This document shows positions 12,097 to 22,272 of a stretch of DNA of 64,000 bases, in pieces. How positions within the stretch are numbered: position 1 is the first letter of the stretch; each line of letters opens with the position of its first letter. The translations under genes were made by a program, and so were the position numbers. The notes below the pieces were generated by a model. It did not search any database. It was not told the DNA's origin and saw only the letters and a program-made list of their open reading frames with translations. The DNA is from Flectonema sp. DT1601 (lineage: Eukaryota): the NCBI GenBank assembly GCA_964019425.1, contig OZ025800.1, forward strand, positions 806,001-870,000, written 5' to 3'.

Positions 12097-15000
12097 CTAA
12101 GAGTGAGCTCGGATATGAATATAATCGTTAATTTGAGCCTTTTTATTGGAGAGAGATTCCTTAACTTGTTCTTCGTATCTCTTAGCACAGTACTCATCAT
12201 CTTGTTCATCAATAAGAAGTACTCGATAAAGCCATTCAATGTCTTCAGTTTTTTGAAGTTCCGGAATTCCGGTTGACAACATCAACGCGAATAAGGATAT
12301 TATAATATGCGATGACCTCCTTACAATGTTGTATGCGTGGCAGGCTACCTTTACAAAGTGTCTGAAGACGGGTGTCTTTTCTCCTCCGAATACGCCTGCG
12401 TACATCGGAGTGAATATAAACGGTGAGGTCTCACGCTTTATTCCAAATTTAGATTTAAAATTTCCCAAAAAGTGACCGAAATCGATGTGAAATAACGTTC
12501 CGTCCTTCTTCATCATGATGTTGTCATTGTGACGATCACCGATTCCGAGAATGTATGTCGCGACGCAATAACCTGCGCAAGAGTAAAGAAAATTGTACAT
12601 GCACGATTTTACTCCATCTGGGGTTTTGTTGCATGGTTGTTGACGAAGCCAACCAAGCATTGCCCGATCATGGAATGCTTCTGCAGCACCACCTTGTTTT
12701 TTAGTAATGTTTGCGATAGTTTCACTATTAAGGACTACTTCTATCATTCCAACACCATCTTCACATGCTACACAACCATAAGGAGACATGTGTAGATCAA
12801 GTCCTTGACTCTTCCAGAATGAATCCATCATAGCGATTACTTGTAAAGTTAATAAGTCCTGTCGAAGATCATCACCCGCTTTGAATATTACGAAAATAGG
12901 ATCCTCGTTCGGATCGGCGTTGTGGAATACAATCCAAATTGGTAACTTTTTCGAATCCATGACTTTACACTTCTCTACTGCTAATCCACCACAATCCATT
13001 CTTGGGTTTAGTGGTAGTGTAAATGTCGATCCTTCTTTTAGTAACGTGTGGATCGATGATTCTAAGGCCTGTCTGACTTTTGAATTTCTATCTTTTTCTT
13101 TAATTGATTTATCCTTTATACTGACTGCGATTTGAAACAACTTATCAATGAGAGCAACTTCCTTAGCTAAAGCACGTCTTGATAACACTGGTACTCTCTT
13201 AAGGTACTCTTCTAGGATTAGACCGTGTCGTTCTTGAACAGCAGAGTTTGACATTTCTGCTTTGAGATGCCAAAAAACTTGATGTCCTATCTGATGTGGT
13301 GATCGAATGCATCGTCTTAGTAAAAAGCGAGCTAATGCAGAGTAGTGGTATGGTTCATATTTCAGAACCTGAACTAATTGTAAGATACAATCAGACAGTA
13401 GATCATCACCGAGTCTATCCAGAATATAAATCGCATACTCTCTGACTGCAGAAGATGCATATCTCGCATCAAGCAACTCCAATGCTACTAACTCTTCACC
13501 AGGGGGAGGTGTTTGCCACTGTCGCTGCTTGTCTGGGTGGTGAAGAAGATGAAGAGCGCCTTGAACAGCTGCTGGACTTGCCCAGTCCACTGCTTGTAAA
13601 AACTTCGATAACGCCGATGGATTTTGTGTTAGATCACCTCTAAACTGCCATAATAATAATTTATCTACAGCTGTTAATTTATATAAAGGATCTTTTTGAA
13701 CTACTTCTCTGACTGTTCGAAGTTGGTTAACAACATTCTTTCTAAGTGACGGATCGAGTTCGTTCATCAACTGATTGTGACTGTCATGTAATCTCTCAGT
13801 CATAGCCGCTGGAACTTTGCCACTCGGGAATCGAACAGGTTTGCTAAAAACTGGACTTTGAACAGCGATGGTCAGCTGTTTTGTAACATCTTTTCGACTG
13901 TTAGATGTTGACACGACGCTGATTGGATTGGCTTTTTCATTCTTAACCCACATTCGATAAGGAGTCGTTCCTGTTCTGAGATATCCTCTGTGATCAAATA
14001 GTTGTAAATTAACCCATCCTAAATAAAATAAAGGATAACGCTCTTCATCATCTGTACCAATAAGTTGAGCACCAAACGTTAGAGCTAATTTCTTAAATCC
14101 TCGACGGGCAAGTTGTGCCGATGCTATCGTATCATCGATTAATCTGCTGGCGTCTTCATCCATTGCTTTGGCCGATGAGTCCCAACAAACTACCGCAGTT
14201 AAACACAGCCTCGCATCTCTCGGTAAATTCGCATATTTAATACGAAAACGAAGAGTTCCATGAGGAGCTCCCCACACAGTATTATACATAGTAGGTTGTG
14301 CATCACTTGCCATATTATGTGGAACTACATCTCTTAACACACGCCATGGTGTTCTTTGAGGATCTGATAATTGAGTTGTACCGTGGAATATTTGACCCAC
14401 AATACAAACCCATACGTCGTCACCTTCTCTTATTTCTCTCTCAGTGTCTTTTTTATCTTGAATAAAGCTAATGCTTGACAAAGTGTTTATAGTTAACTCA
14501 ACATCACTATATATGTCCCAAAGAGATAGTTCTCGCAGTAAGTGTGTTGCTGGTGAGTCTACTGATAATTCAGAGTGGGTCGGTGTTGAGGATTCTAAAC
14601 AACAAACACCTGCACCTTCAGCCTGTTGACTGCTATATTTATAATCAATTTTATTAGTAGTTGCCACCTCTTCTCGTGATACTCTTGTTATTTTTAATTT
14701 TGCTACTAAATTTGACAAGGCACATTTTCGTATGTGTGCAAAGTTTATTAAAGCGGTTGGACCCCACATATAATCTTTGCGACCGGCTACTTTAAAAACC
14801 AATTTGCAGGTTCGATTCTCCCCCTCGAGTCCGAACTGATTGCGACACTGCTCAATTGCTGCATCTGCTCCAGTGTTTTTGTCAACTTCGAGTTCGAGAG
14901 ACTTTTTAGTCTCCGAAGTGACAACTAACTTCAATGTATTGAAGCGAGATTGTTGTTCTGGTTTGAGTGGGGAAGCAGTGTACTGAGGGAGGAGTTTTGA

Positions 15001-15516
15001 CGACATTGCTTCTTCAATTGATTTTGTCGGGTTTGCTTCTTTCCAGACGGTTTCATCTTCTGTTGCAGACTTTTCCATCATTTTCCTGAAATACTGAACC
15101 TCGTCTGACTCAGTTGACCACCATGGTCCGTTTGTACCTCCGTGACTGTTTCCTTGTTGGTCTCTTAGAATGCCGTGCTGATCATTTATTTTTGACATTA
15201 TAACTTCTGGATCGAAATCATGTTTTTGAAATTCTTCTCCCTCGTTTAAGATCTCCCTAACAACGTCATCACTCATCCAGGTGGTGTCTTGCGCCTTCTC
15301 AATCATTTTATCGTTCATGTTGTCTTCAATTTGCATAGCTCTCTCAAAGATAGTCATGTCGTAGTCATCGATCCCAATATCGAGCATTTCTTGTCCTTCG
15401 AACTGTGAGTTCCTCCGATCGTCTTCATGACGAGCGCTAGAATTCTTCCTATTTGTTCCTTTGGCGAACATGCCAGATGTTGTCCGATTCTTCTCTTTTT
15501 GAGGAGACGAAGACAT
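12097..15516 (-). CDS. Class I-type phosphatidylinositol 3-kinase catalytic subunit (RBD, C2, helical and kinase domains)
   Basis: MDSKKLP, FKAGDDLRQD, GIGDRHNDN, HIDFGHFLG; helical domain LQLVQVLKYE; RBD-like FKVAGRKDY. Start placed at the first ATG, 15516 (MSSSPQK). Confidence 0.95.
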   Translation of the reverse strand: MSSSPQKEKNRTTSGMFAKGTNRKNSSARHEDDRRNSQFEGQEMLDIGIDDYDMTIFERAMQIEDNMNDKMIEKAQDTTWMSDDVVREILNEGEEFQKHDFDPEVIMSKINDQHGILRDQQGNSHGGTNGPWWSTESDEVQYFRKMMEKSATEDETVWKEANPTKSIEEAMSSKLLPQYTASPLKPEQQSRFNTLKLVVTSETKKSLELEVDKNTGADAAIEQCRNQFGLEGENRTCKLVFKVAGRKDYMWGPTALINFAHIRKCALSNLVAKLKITRVSREEVATTNKIDYKYSSQQAEGAGVCCLESSTPTHSELSVDSPATHLLRELSLWDIYSDVELTINTLSSISFIQDKKDTEREIREGDDVWVCIVGQIFHGTTQLSDPQRTPWRVLRDVVPHNMASDAQPTMYNTVWGAPHGTLRFRIKYANLPRDARLCLTAVVCWDSSAKAMDEDASRLIDDTIASAQLARRGFKKLALTFGAQLIGTDDEERYPLFYLGWVNLQLFDHRGYLRTGTTPYRMWVKNEKANPISVVSTSNSRKDVTKQLTIAVQSPVFSKPVRFPSGKVPAAMTERLHDSHNQLMNELDPSLRKNVVNQLRTVREVVQKDPLYKLTAVDKLLLWQFRGDLTQNPSALSKFLQAVDWASPAAVQGALHLLHHPDKQRQWQTPPPGEELVALELLDARYASSAVREYAIYILDRLGDDLLSDCILQLVQVLKYEPYHYSALARFLLRRCIRSPHQIGHQVFWHLKAEMSNSAVQERHGLILEEYLKRVPVLSRRALAKEVALIDKLFQIAVSIKDKSIKEKDRNSKVRQALESSIHTLLKEGSTFTLPLNPRMDCGGLAVEKCKVMDSKKLPIWIVFHNADPNEDPIFVIFKAGDDLRQDLLTLQVIAMMDSFWKSQGLDLHMSPYGCVACEDGVGMIEVVLNSETIANITKKQGGAAEAFHDRAMLGWLRQQPCNKTPDGVKSCMYNFLYSCAGYCVATYILGIGDRHNDNIMMKKDGTLFHIDFGHFLGNFKSKFGIKRETSPFIFTPMYAGVFGGEKTPVFRHFVKVACHAYNIVRRSSHIIISLFALMLSTGIPELQKTEDIEWLYRVLLIDEQDDEYCAKRYEEQVKESLSNKKAQINDYIHIRAHS

Positions 15517-15990
15517 ATTTGTGCTTCTGTACTTCCCACTTACTAAAGAATAAAAATAATGATTATAATAATATTTAACAAAATATCTCTTTGATTGGAA
15601 TATCAACGTGGTGCATATACTCGCTGAATGAAAAAAAAGACTTATAAAAAAAGTTTTATTTTCAGTTGCGAAATCAAAAGACGGAACTAGGATTCATCCC
15701 AAGTGATGTTCATTTTTATGATAGCTCAGAAAAGAAACTTATCTGTTGTGCTATCTCGAATTGATTTCAAGTCTCTCACCACATGATCAGAACAAAGTGA
15801 ACTTTCCGCGAGAAAGCCGGGTTCAGTTAATAATAGGTCATAGAAATATAACGGTAATCACAATACACATGCCTAACACGGAATTTTGACGAAACAACAA
15901 AAAAAAAAAAAAAAAAAAACTGGTTGCGCATTCACATTTGGGTAGTACTCACATAGAAACAGATATGCAAGAATTCACTAACCGAGGTGA

Positions 15991-16027
<37 letters not shown>

Positions 16028-16993
16028 CTCCTTTCTCCCTCCAAAGTCATCTTCGCTGTTCTCGAAAAGTTCTAACACACAGAACACTTTAATTTAGGAC
16101 ACGATCAGACAGGATGGGGATTGGAGGAGAAAAAAGAAGAAAAAAAAAGGAAAGCGAAAGCGAAATAAAGTCACACACGCACGGTCAAAAGGCTTGCATG
16201 GCGTGCAATTAAACTAAACGCGAAGGAAGAAACGTTTGGTTTGAAGTTATCAAAAGAAGAAACGAATGACAGAAAGCCAACTAGTGATTCTTCCCTACTC
16301 CGAATAAAAAACAAAGGAAAGGAAAACAAAAACAACATCCCTCACCAGGAACAACTTCACTCACTAAAAACGCATTCCTACATTAATATTAACGATGAAT
16401 CCGAGTACGTTTGCAGAGCCAAAATTGCACGATCCAGTAAAAAGCGTGCTCTAAATTTAAAAGAGCATGCAGCCATCCATGGGTAAGCACTTTGGGTGCT
16501 TGCGAAGTAAGAACTTCCTCCCTTGAGTTTTATTTTTCTGTTTCCTGTTTTTTTTTTTTTCTCTCTTATTAACACGCGCGATCAATAGTAGTTCAAAATT
16601 AAAAAAAAAAAAATAAAGAGAGAGAAAAAAAAACATTTTGAAGAGGGTAACGAAAAAAACGAATAATATAGGTCCCTCAATAAACACACGTGAAGATTAG
16701 TCTCCTTCTCACTCAACTTAGAACCAATTGAGTAACGACACACAGAGCCCCCAAAGAAGTGCAGCATTATGATAATTATTTTCTCTGTTTTCTACAAACA
16801 CTCTCAAGGCCAATCTGCCAGCAGATACTATTTATTTGGCAGCAAACTGACAACACAACAAAAAAAAAAAAAAAAAAAAAACCAACACGACTAAGGAAAA
16901 CTGTTTAAAAACAATTTTATTTTATTTTATTTTTTTGCACAACTTGTTGGCAGTCAGTAATTATCGTAGAGAAGGCAAGAAGGGAAAAAAAAA

Positions 16994-17026
<33 letters not shown>

Positions 17027-17604
17027 TTAATATTCCAGCCATCCCAAATTCGAAAAACCGGCAGCAGTTTTGTTTGTACGCAAAACCAACTACAAAAGCC
17101 TAATGTGATATGCAGCAATTCTTCCTCCTCCTGTTTTTCCAAATATTGTTACACGCGATTACACTAACAGAAAAAGGGGGGAAAAATTGGCCACTTCATA
17201 TGCTATGTCCGCTGCACAATTTGACGATCCGGCTGCAAGCTTGCGCTTAAGAAAAAGAAAAGGGGGGGGAAAAGGCAACATTGACCAAAATTGAAAGAAA
17301 CCGAAAATAACAAGGCTTAAAAAGTAAATTGTTGATACAGGCATTTGCGACTACACTTGTGAGTAAGATCAGCCTATTAAAACATAAGTAATTATTAGGC
17401 ACATCGTAACCTACTCCTGACGCAAAGAGAAATATTTTGCTTTAACAAAATTAACAATATTTTTTTTTTTTTTTTAAAGGAGGATGGACAGAGAGAAAAT
17501 CCTGTGCTGAAACAAGTCTAACAAAGTCATTGATGAGTAATACAGAACTACACTCCAGTAGATTATTTCCTTTTTTTTTTTTATCCACCTAATTACAAGT
17601 AGAA

Positions 17605-20328
17605 CTAGGCTCCTTCTTGAATATTTTCGGATGAATTGCTGTCGTATGCCGACGACTTACCATCATTAAAAGGTTCTGACTTAGAGCTTAGCGTCATTGG
17701 CCACCAGTTTGCTTCACCAAGAAGACCCATAAGAGCTGGAACCATCACAGATCTGACTACGAATGTGTCGAATAAAACAGCGAAAACCATATAAAATGAT
17801 AACTGGTGCATGAACGGTTCTTCTGAAAACAACAATCCAGAAAACGCAACAGCCATAATCACACCTGCTGCTGTGATGATGTATCCAGTTTTAGCAAGAC
17901 CGTGACTAATTGCATCGTTTGTTTCGTATCCAGCTCTTCGAAATTCAACAATTCGAGTAATTAAAAAGATATCATAATCTAAACCAATACCAACTACTAT
18001 AGAAAAAGACATCAAAGGAATAATATAAACAATCGCATGAGTGTTGTCAAATCCACTAAACTGAGTCCATTCTAAGGCTCCATGTTGGTAAGTTAATGTA
18101 GCGAATCCGTAAACCCAAATAACTGTCAACCCGATAGTGAATACTGATCTTAAAGGAATGAATAAAGAACGGAAACTGAGACCAACGAATAGTAACACAA
18201 CACCAGTTGTGATGCAGACCATCATCGGAAAGTCGTCATCAACTCCTGTGACGGCATCGATTGCATCTGCAGGCTCTCCAATGAAATAGATTTCAATAGG
18301 ATCTTCAGGTGTTGGATATTCGTCTGCTAATTTTCTCGCGGCTTTCAACCAATCCTCTCCGTCTTTCCCCATCGGAGCAAAGTGAGGAGTGTATCTAAAC
18401 CACATTGCCGTAGCGTCAGTTGCATTGTCCATAAAGCTACACGCAAGTAGGATGTTTGTCATACAGGGTTTTGTTTTATTATTATGAGGAATGCTCTCTA
18501 GAGTAGCGCAGGTAATCTTAGCTGACGGATCTGAGAGAAGATTAACACATCTCTGCATGACATCACCTTCAACAACAGGAATACCTCTTCCACTTCCATC
18601 ATAAGAAGGCCCTACTATATCTTGTACACGAGTTAGATGAGTTGTTGCTAGTCTCGATAAGAAATTCTGACTTGCTTTCCAAACTTTAAAAGAATCAGTA
18701 CCATTTAATACTCTTTGAGATCTATCTTGAGGTAACACAAGAATCTGATAGGCGTAAACAGCTCCCCAACCAAAAGTGTCTCCCATTCTAATGTATGCCT
18801 TTGTTACTTCATTATGTTTTGGTAAGTATAAAAGATTATTATCAGTACTCGTGTAGTTGAATGCATATAAGTCAAAAGGTATGGTGAGACCAACAACAAG
18901 AAGTGGTATCATGATATTAAATGGAAACTTCACGACCTTAGTTCCTAATCGAAACCATGTTGAGTTTGGGCTTGCTGGTTCAACAAAGTGAGACACTGCA
19001 CTAAATGATTGTTTTTTCAAAGGTATGATCTCACCAACAATATTACCACCCACCTGATCCTCTTCATTATCCAGCTGTGAACCGTGAACTAAGTAACTAC
19101 GTTCTGAGTCTGTGGAAGATCCTTCTTCCTTGTCCTTACATCTGAGACAAGACAAACATGATGGAAGCTTCATAGGTTTGATACATTTAACGAAAAAGTT
19201 TGGAAACCACAACAACACCAATGGTGTTAGTACTAAGTTAGTCACTAAAACTACGAGTAGAACAACACCACAACCAATTCCTAGTGATTGTAAAATGTCC
19301 AAACGGAAGAAAATTAGACCAAAGAAACAAGCAGCCAGAGTGATACCAGAAATGATGATAGTATGACCAGCTGAACTTACCATCACTGTAATCGCTAATA
19401 CATGAGACAGTTGTTCTTGACGAGATTGCTGATCCAGTAGTACTTCTCTGAATCTAGAAAGCATGAATAATCCATAATCAATTGACATAGCAATCAAAAT
19501 AGACATCATAAGTGACGGTGCTCCAGTAAAAACTGTTGTGACACATGCAACTCCAAACATTATTGCGAATGACATTGCCGCGCTGACACCCAAACACATA
19601 ATAGGAATCATGACTAATCTTCCAGATTTTAATATATAGGCTAAGATTAACATTGCTAAAGGAAGGACAGTAGCATCCATCCTCTCTAAGTCACTTGTAC
19701 TGCTCGAGATCATAACATCTAAGAATGCAGGAGATCCCATTAATGTCATTTCATAATTACTTGTGTTCGTCTTCTGCTGAAACATTGGAATGATTGTATT
19801 CTTTAGGTCCTTTGCGTAATTTGTAGCCGCCTTATCAGTCATCCCAGCTGCGATTTCTAAACTCAAAAAAGTTGCTGTCGCAGTTTCCGGTTGTCCATCA
19901 GTACCTCCAGCAAGAAACGATCTTGCCATATTGTTAGAAGCAAGTTTCATTACGTAGTATCCAGCAACGTTTAATACGATACCAGTCGTGTTACAGCCTT
20001 CAGCGAAAGCGAATGTAAATCCTTGGAGTTCAGGTGATAGGACCGGTTCGAATATAGATTTATCGTTGGGGTTTCTGTTTTCGATATAAATTACCATTCC
20101 ACTTGAGAGTTTTTGTGATGGGAAATAAACATCCATCGTGTTTCTAGCTTGAGTGGCTTTTGATGATGAGGGTGGATTGAAAGTTTGCGAAGTTTTCGAC
20201 ATGAATCTAGGAGCCAAAGCTCCAGAACATCCCAAAACTAAGAACACTACTATTGTCACGAGTACCTTCCTCCTCACTAAAAAATTAACATATCTCTCCG
20301 CCAACGGAAGAGGTGCTCCATCTTCCAT
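17605..20328 (-). CDS. MMPL-family (RND superfamily) transporter, 907 aa
   Basis: Two TM repeats with SIDYGLFMLSRFRE and GLDYDIFLITRIVE, IITAAGVIMAVAF, and C-terminal GEANWWP typical of MmpL/YdfJ proteins. Confidence 0.9.
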   Translation of the reverse strand: MEDGAPLPLAERYVNFLVRRKVLVTIVVFLVLGCSGALAPRFMSKTSQTFNPPSSSKATQARNTMDVYFPSQKLSSGMVIYIENRNPNDKSIFEPVLSPELQGFTFAFAEGCNTTGIVLNVAGYYVMKLASNNMARSFLAGGTDGQPETATATFLSLEIAAGMTDKAATNYAKDLKNTIIPMFQQKTNTSNYEMTLMGSPAFLDVMISSSTSDLERMDATVLPLAMLILAYILKSGRLVMIPIMCLGVSAAMSFAIMFGVACVTTVFTGAPSLMMSILIAMSIDYGLFMLSRFREVLLDQQSRQEQLSHVLAITVMVSSAGHTIIISGITLAACFFGLIFFRLDILQSLGIGCGVVLLVVLVTNLVLTPLVLLWFPNFFVKCIKPMKLPSCLSCLRCKDKEEGSSTDSERSYLVHGSQLDNEEDQVGGNIVGEIIPLKKQSFSAVSHFVEPASPNSTWFRLGTKVVKFPFNIMIPLLVVGLTIPFDLYAFNYTSTDNNLLYLPKHNEVTKAYIRMGDTFGWGAVYAYQILVLPQDRSQRVLNGTDSFKVWKASQNFLSRLATTHLTRVQDIVGPSYDGSGRGIPVVEGDVMQRCVNLLSDPSAKITCATLESIPHNNKTKPCMTNILLACSFMDNATDATAMWFRYTPHFAPMGKDGEDWLKAARKLADEYPTPEDPIEIYFIGEPADAIDAVTGVDDDFPMMVCITTGVVLLFVGLSFRSLFIPLRSVFTIGLTVIWVYGFATLTYQHGALEWTQFSGFDNTHAIVYIIPLMSFSIVVGIGLDYDIFLITRIVEFRRAGYETNDAISHGLAKTGYIITAAGVIMAVAFSGLLFSEEPFMHQLSFYMVFAVLFDTFVVRSVMVPALMGLLGEANWWPMTLSSKSEPFNDGKSSAYDSNSSENIQEGA

Positions 20329-21252
20329 CGCACCAGTTGGAAGTATACTTCTTAGTCTACTGATGAGGGGGAATAAAAACTTAAAGATTATTTTTTTTTT
20401 TTTTTCAAACTATTTATTTTAACGTAATCAACCCATCTTTCTTATGTTGTTTGTCTCCTATTGAATGAGAAGGTAATAACAGCATAAGGATATTGAGAAA
20501 AAAAGTTTTTTTTTAAAATAATAAAAAAAAGACACATAAAAAATCAGTTCTGGGAAATACCATAAGAAATAACACGTCACGGTATTATTAGTAATCATGA
20601 TAAATAACATATTGTGATAAAACCTTTTTTTTTTTTTTTTTCATAGAGGGGCTAAGCTTTGTTGAACATTAACCAAAAAAAAAAAAAGAACCGAAATTCG
20701 AAGCTTTCTGAATGTTCAGCAGCCATACATATATCGGATAGGCTTTACAAGAAAAGAAAGAAAAAAAAAAAAAAGGGGGAAAAAAATGGTCTCCTATTAG
20801 ATAGGCGTTAGGCTATATTAGCGGTTTTATCACAAAAAATAAAAATAAAAATCAAATCAAATCAAATCAAATCAATCGTAGGACGTCAAATAAATAATGA
20901 TAAATAAGGAGATAAGGAAGTTCATTACATTGCGTATGGCACATAGCGAACTAAGATCATCGGGTTAACTCCATCGAACTACGAGGCAACGTTTTTTTCT
21001 CAGCTATTCCGCAAGAACCGTACACGAGGGGGGAAAAAAGAAGGGGAGGGAAAAAATCATGCGAGAGTAGACTTCCCGAGTAGCATATAACATAACACAA
21101 AGACGTACCTTGGGCACGTTTCATAACAAAAGATGTAACAAAACAGATTTTCATTTTTTTTTTTGGAAATAATACATATAAATAACGTGTCCCTCAATCA
21201 GTACCGTGGATAAACATGAAATGGGACCTGTTGCTGTATGCAAATATTACCA

Positions 21253-22272
21253 TCAAGCAAATAGAACAACAGACGTGCGAAGAGCCATCGCAGCGACACC
21301 CATAACGAAAGCGCGAATAACCATCGCACTAGTACAGGTAGAAAAATAAAAAATAAAACAAAATAAAATAAATTAATTAATTAAACAAAATGGAAAGGTA
21401 AGTATTTTGACTCACCTCCTTTTCATTGTCATCGTTCGTTCTCGTTTTGGAGATGGAGGATTTCTCACAACGGATGTGCACACGGATATTATATCGTTAT
21501 CTGTTCCAAAGGCTGAGCGAGCCTTTTCAAAAAGAGACATCTCAACGCGATCAGTTATTAACTGTGAAGGATCCAATACTAAAACAGAGTCAGTAGCTGC
21601 ATCATAACCACGAGCTATTATGTAGTGGCCGTAAAAAGAAGCATCGTGGGGAGATAAAGGTTCAGATGTGAACGATTTAGACATGACCGCACAACATGAC
21701 GACAACACAGAAGCAATATCTGTGACCACTCTTGGTATTATCGTTGTTGAGAATACTGATGGAATAAGGCTAACCAAGTCATGTGAATTGACCAATACAA
21801 TTAAGATTACCTCACCAGAAGACAGTTGGGCTATAATCTCACTCTTATCCATGCAACGTTCTTGGATGTCACAACCAGTTCGTTTTGCTTCTTCGAATAG
21901 TCCGTTTACACGTTTTGAATCATCTAATAAAGAAGAGCAATAAAACTCATTTGTTATGTATTCAGTATTTACTTGGCACATTGTTGAAGTGAACCTTGGG
22001 TCAGGTTTACCTGCTTCTCTCAATACGTCAACCAGAAGCATGAAAATATCGATTGTCCACACGCTTGTATTACCATTGCTCAGATCAGAATATCTGGTGT
22101 ATAATGCTTTCGGTGATTCCAGGACCCCAAGTGCGTTAGCTACCATTGCAGCACATGCTAACCCACAGTCGTAGTCGTCTTCTTGCCGGATTATTTCTAT
22201 CTTTGCCATTCCACTTCCGATTCCGACAGGCCATTCTCGGACCCGTTTCCCGTCAATTCTTGCGACTGTCAT
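21253..22272 (-). CDS. GUCD1: GUCD1-like protein (peptidase C39-like fold); the unspliced form ends at 21412, the predicted spliced form adds exon 21253-21328
   Basis: IRQEDDYDCGLAC, SVWTID, FYGHYI, LDP, FEKARSAFGTDNDII. The candidate intron 21329-21415 (GTGAGT..CTAG) keeps frame (933 nt); this last exon is less certain than the gene. Confidence 0.85.
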
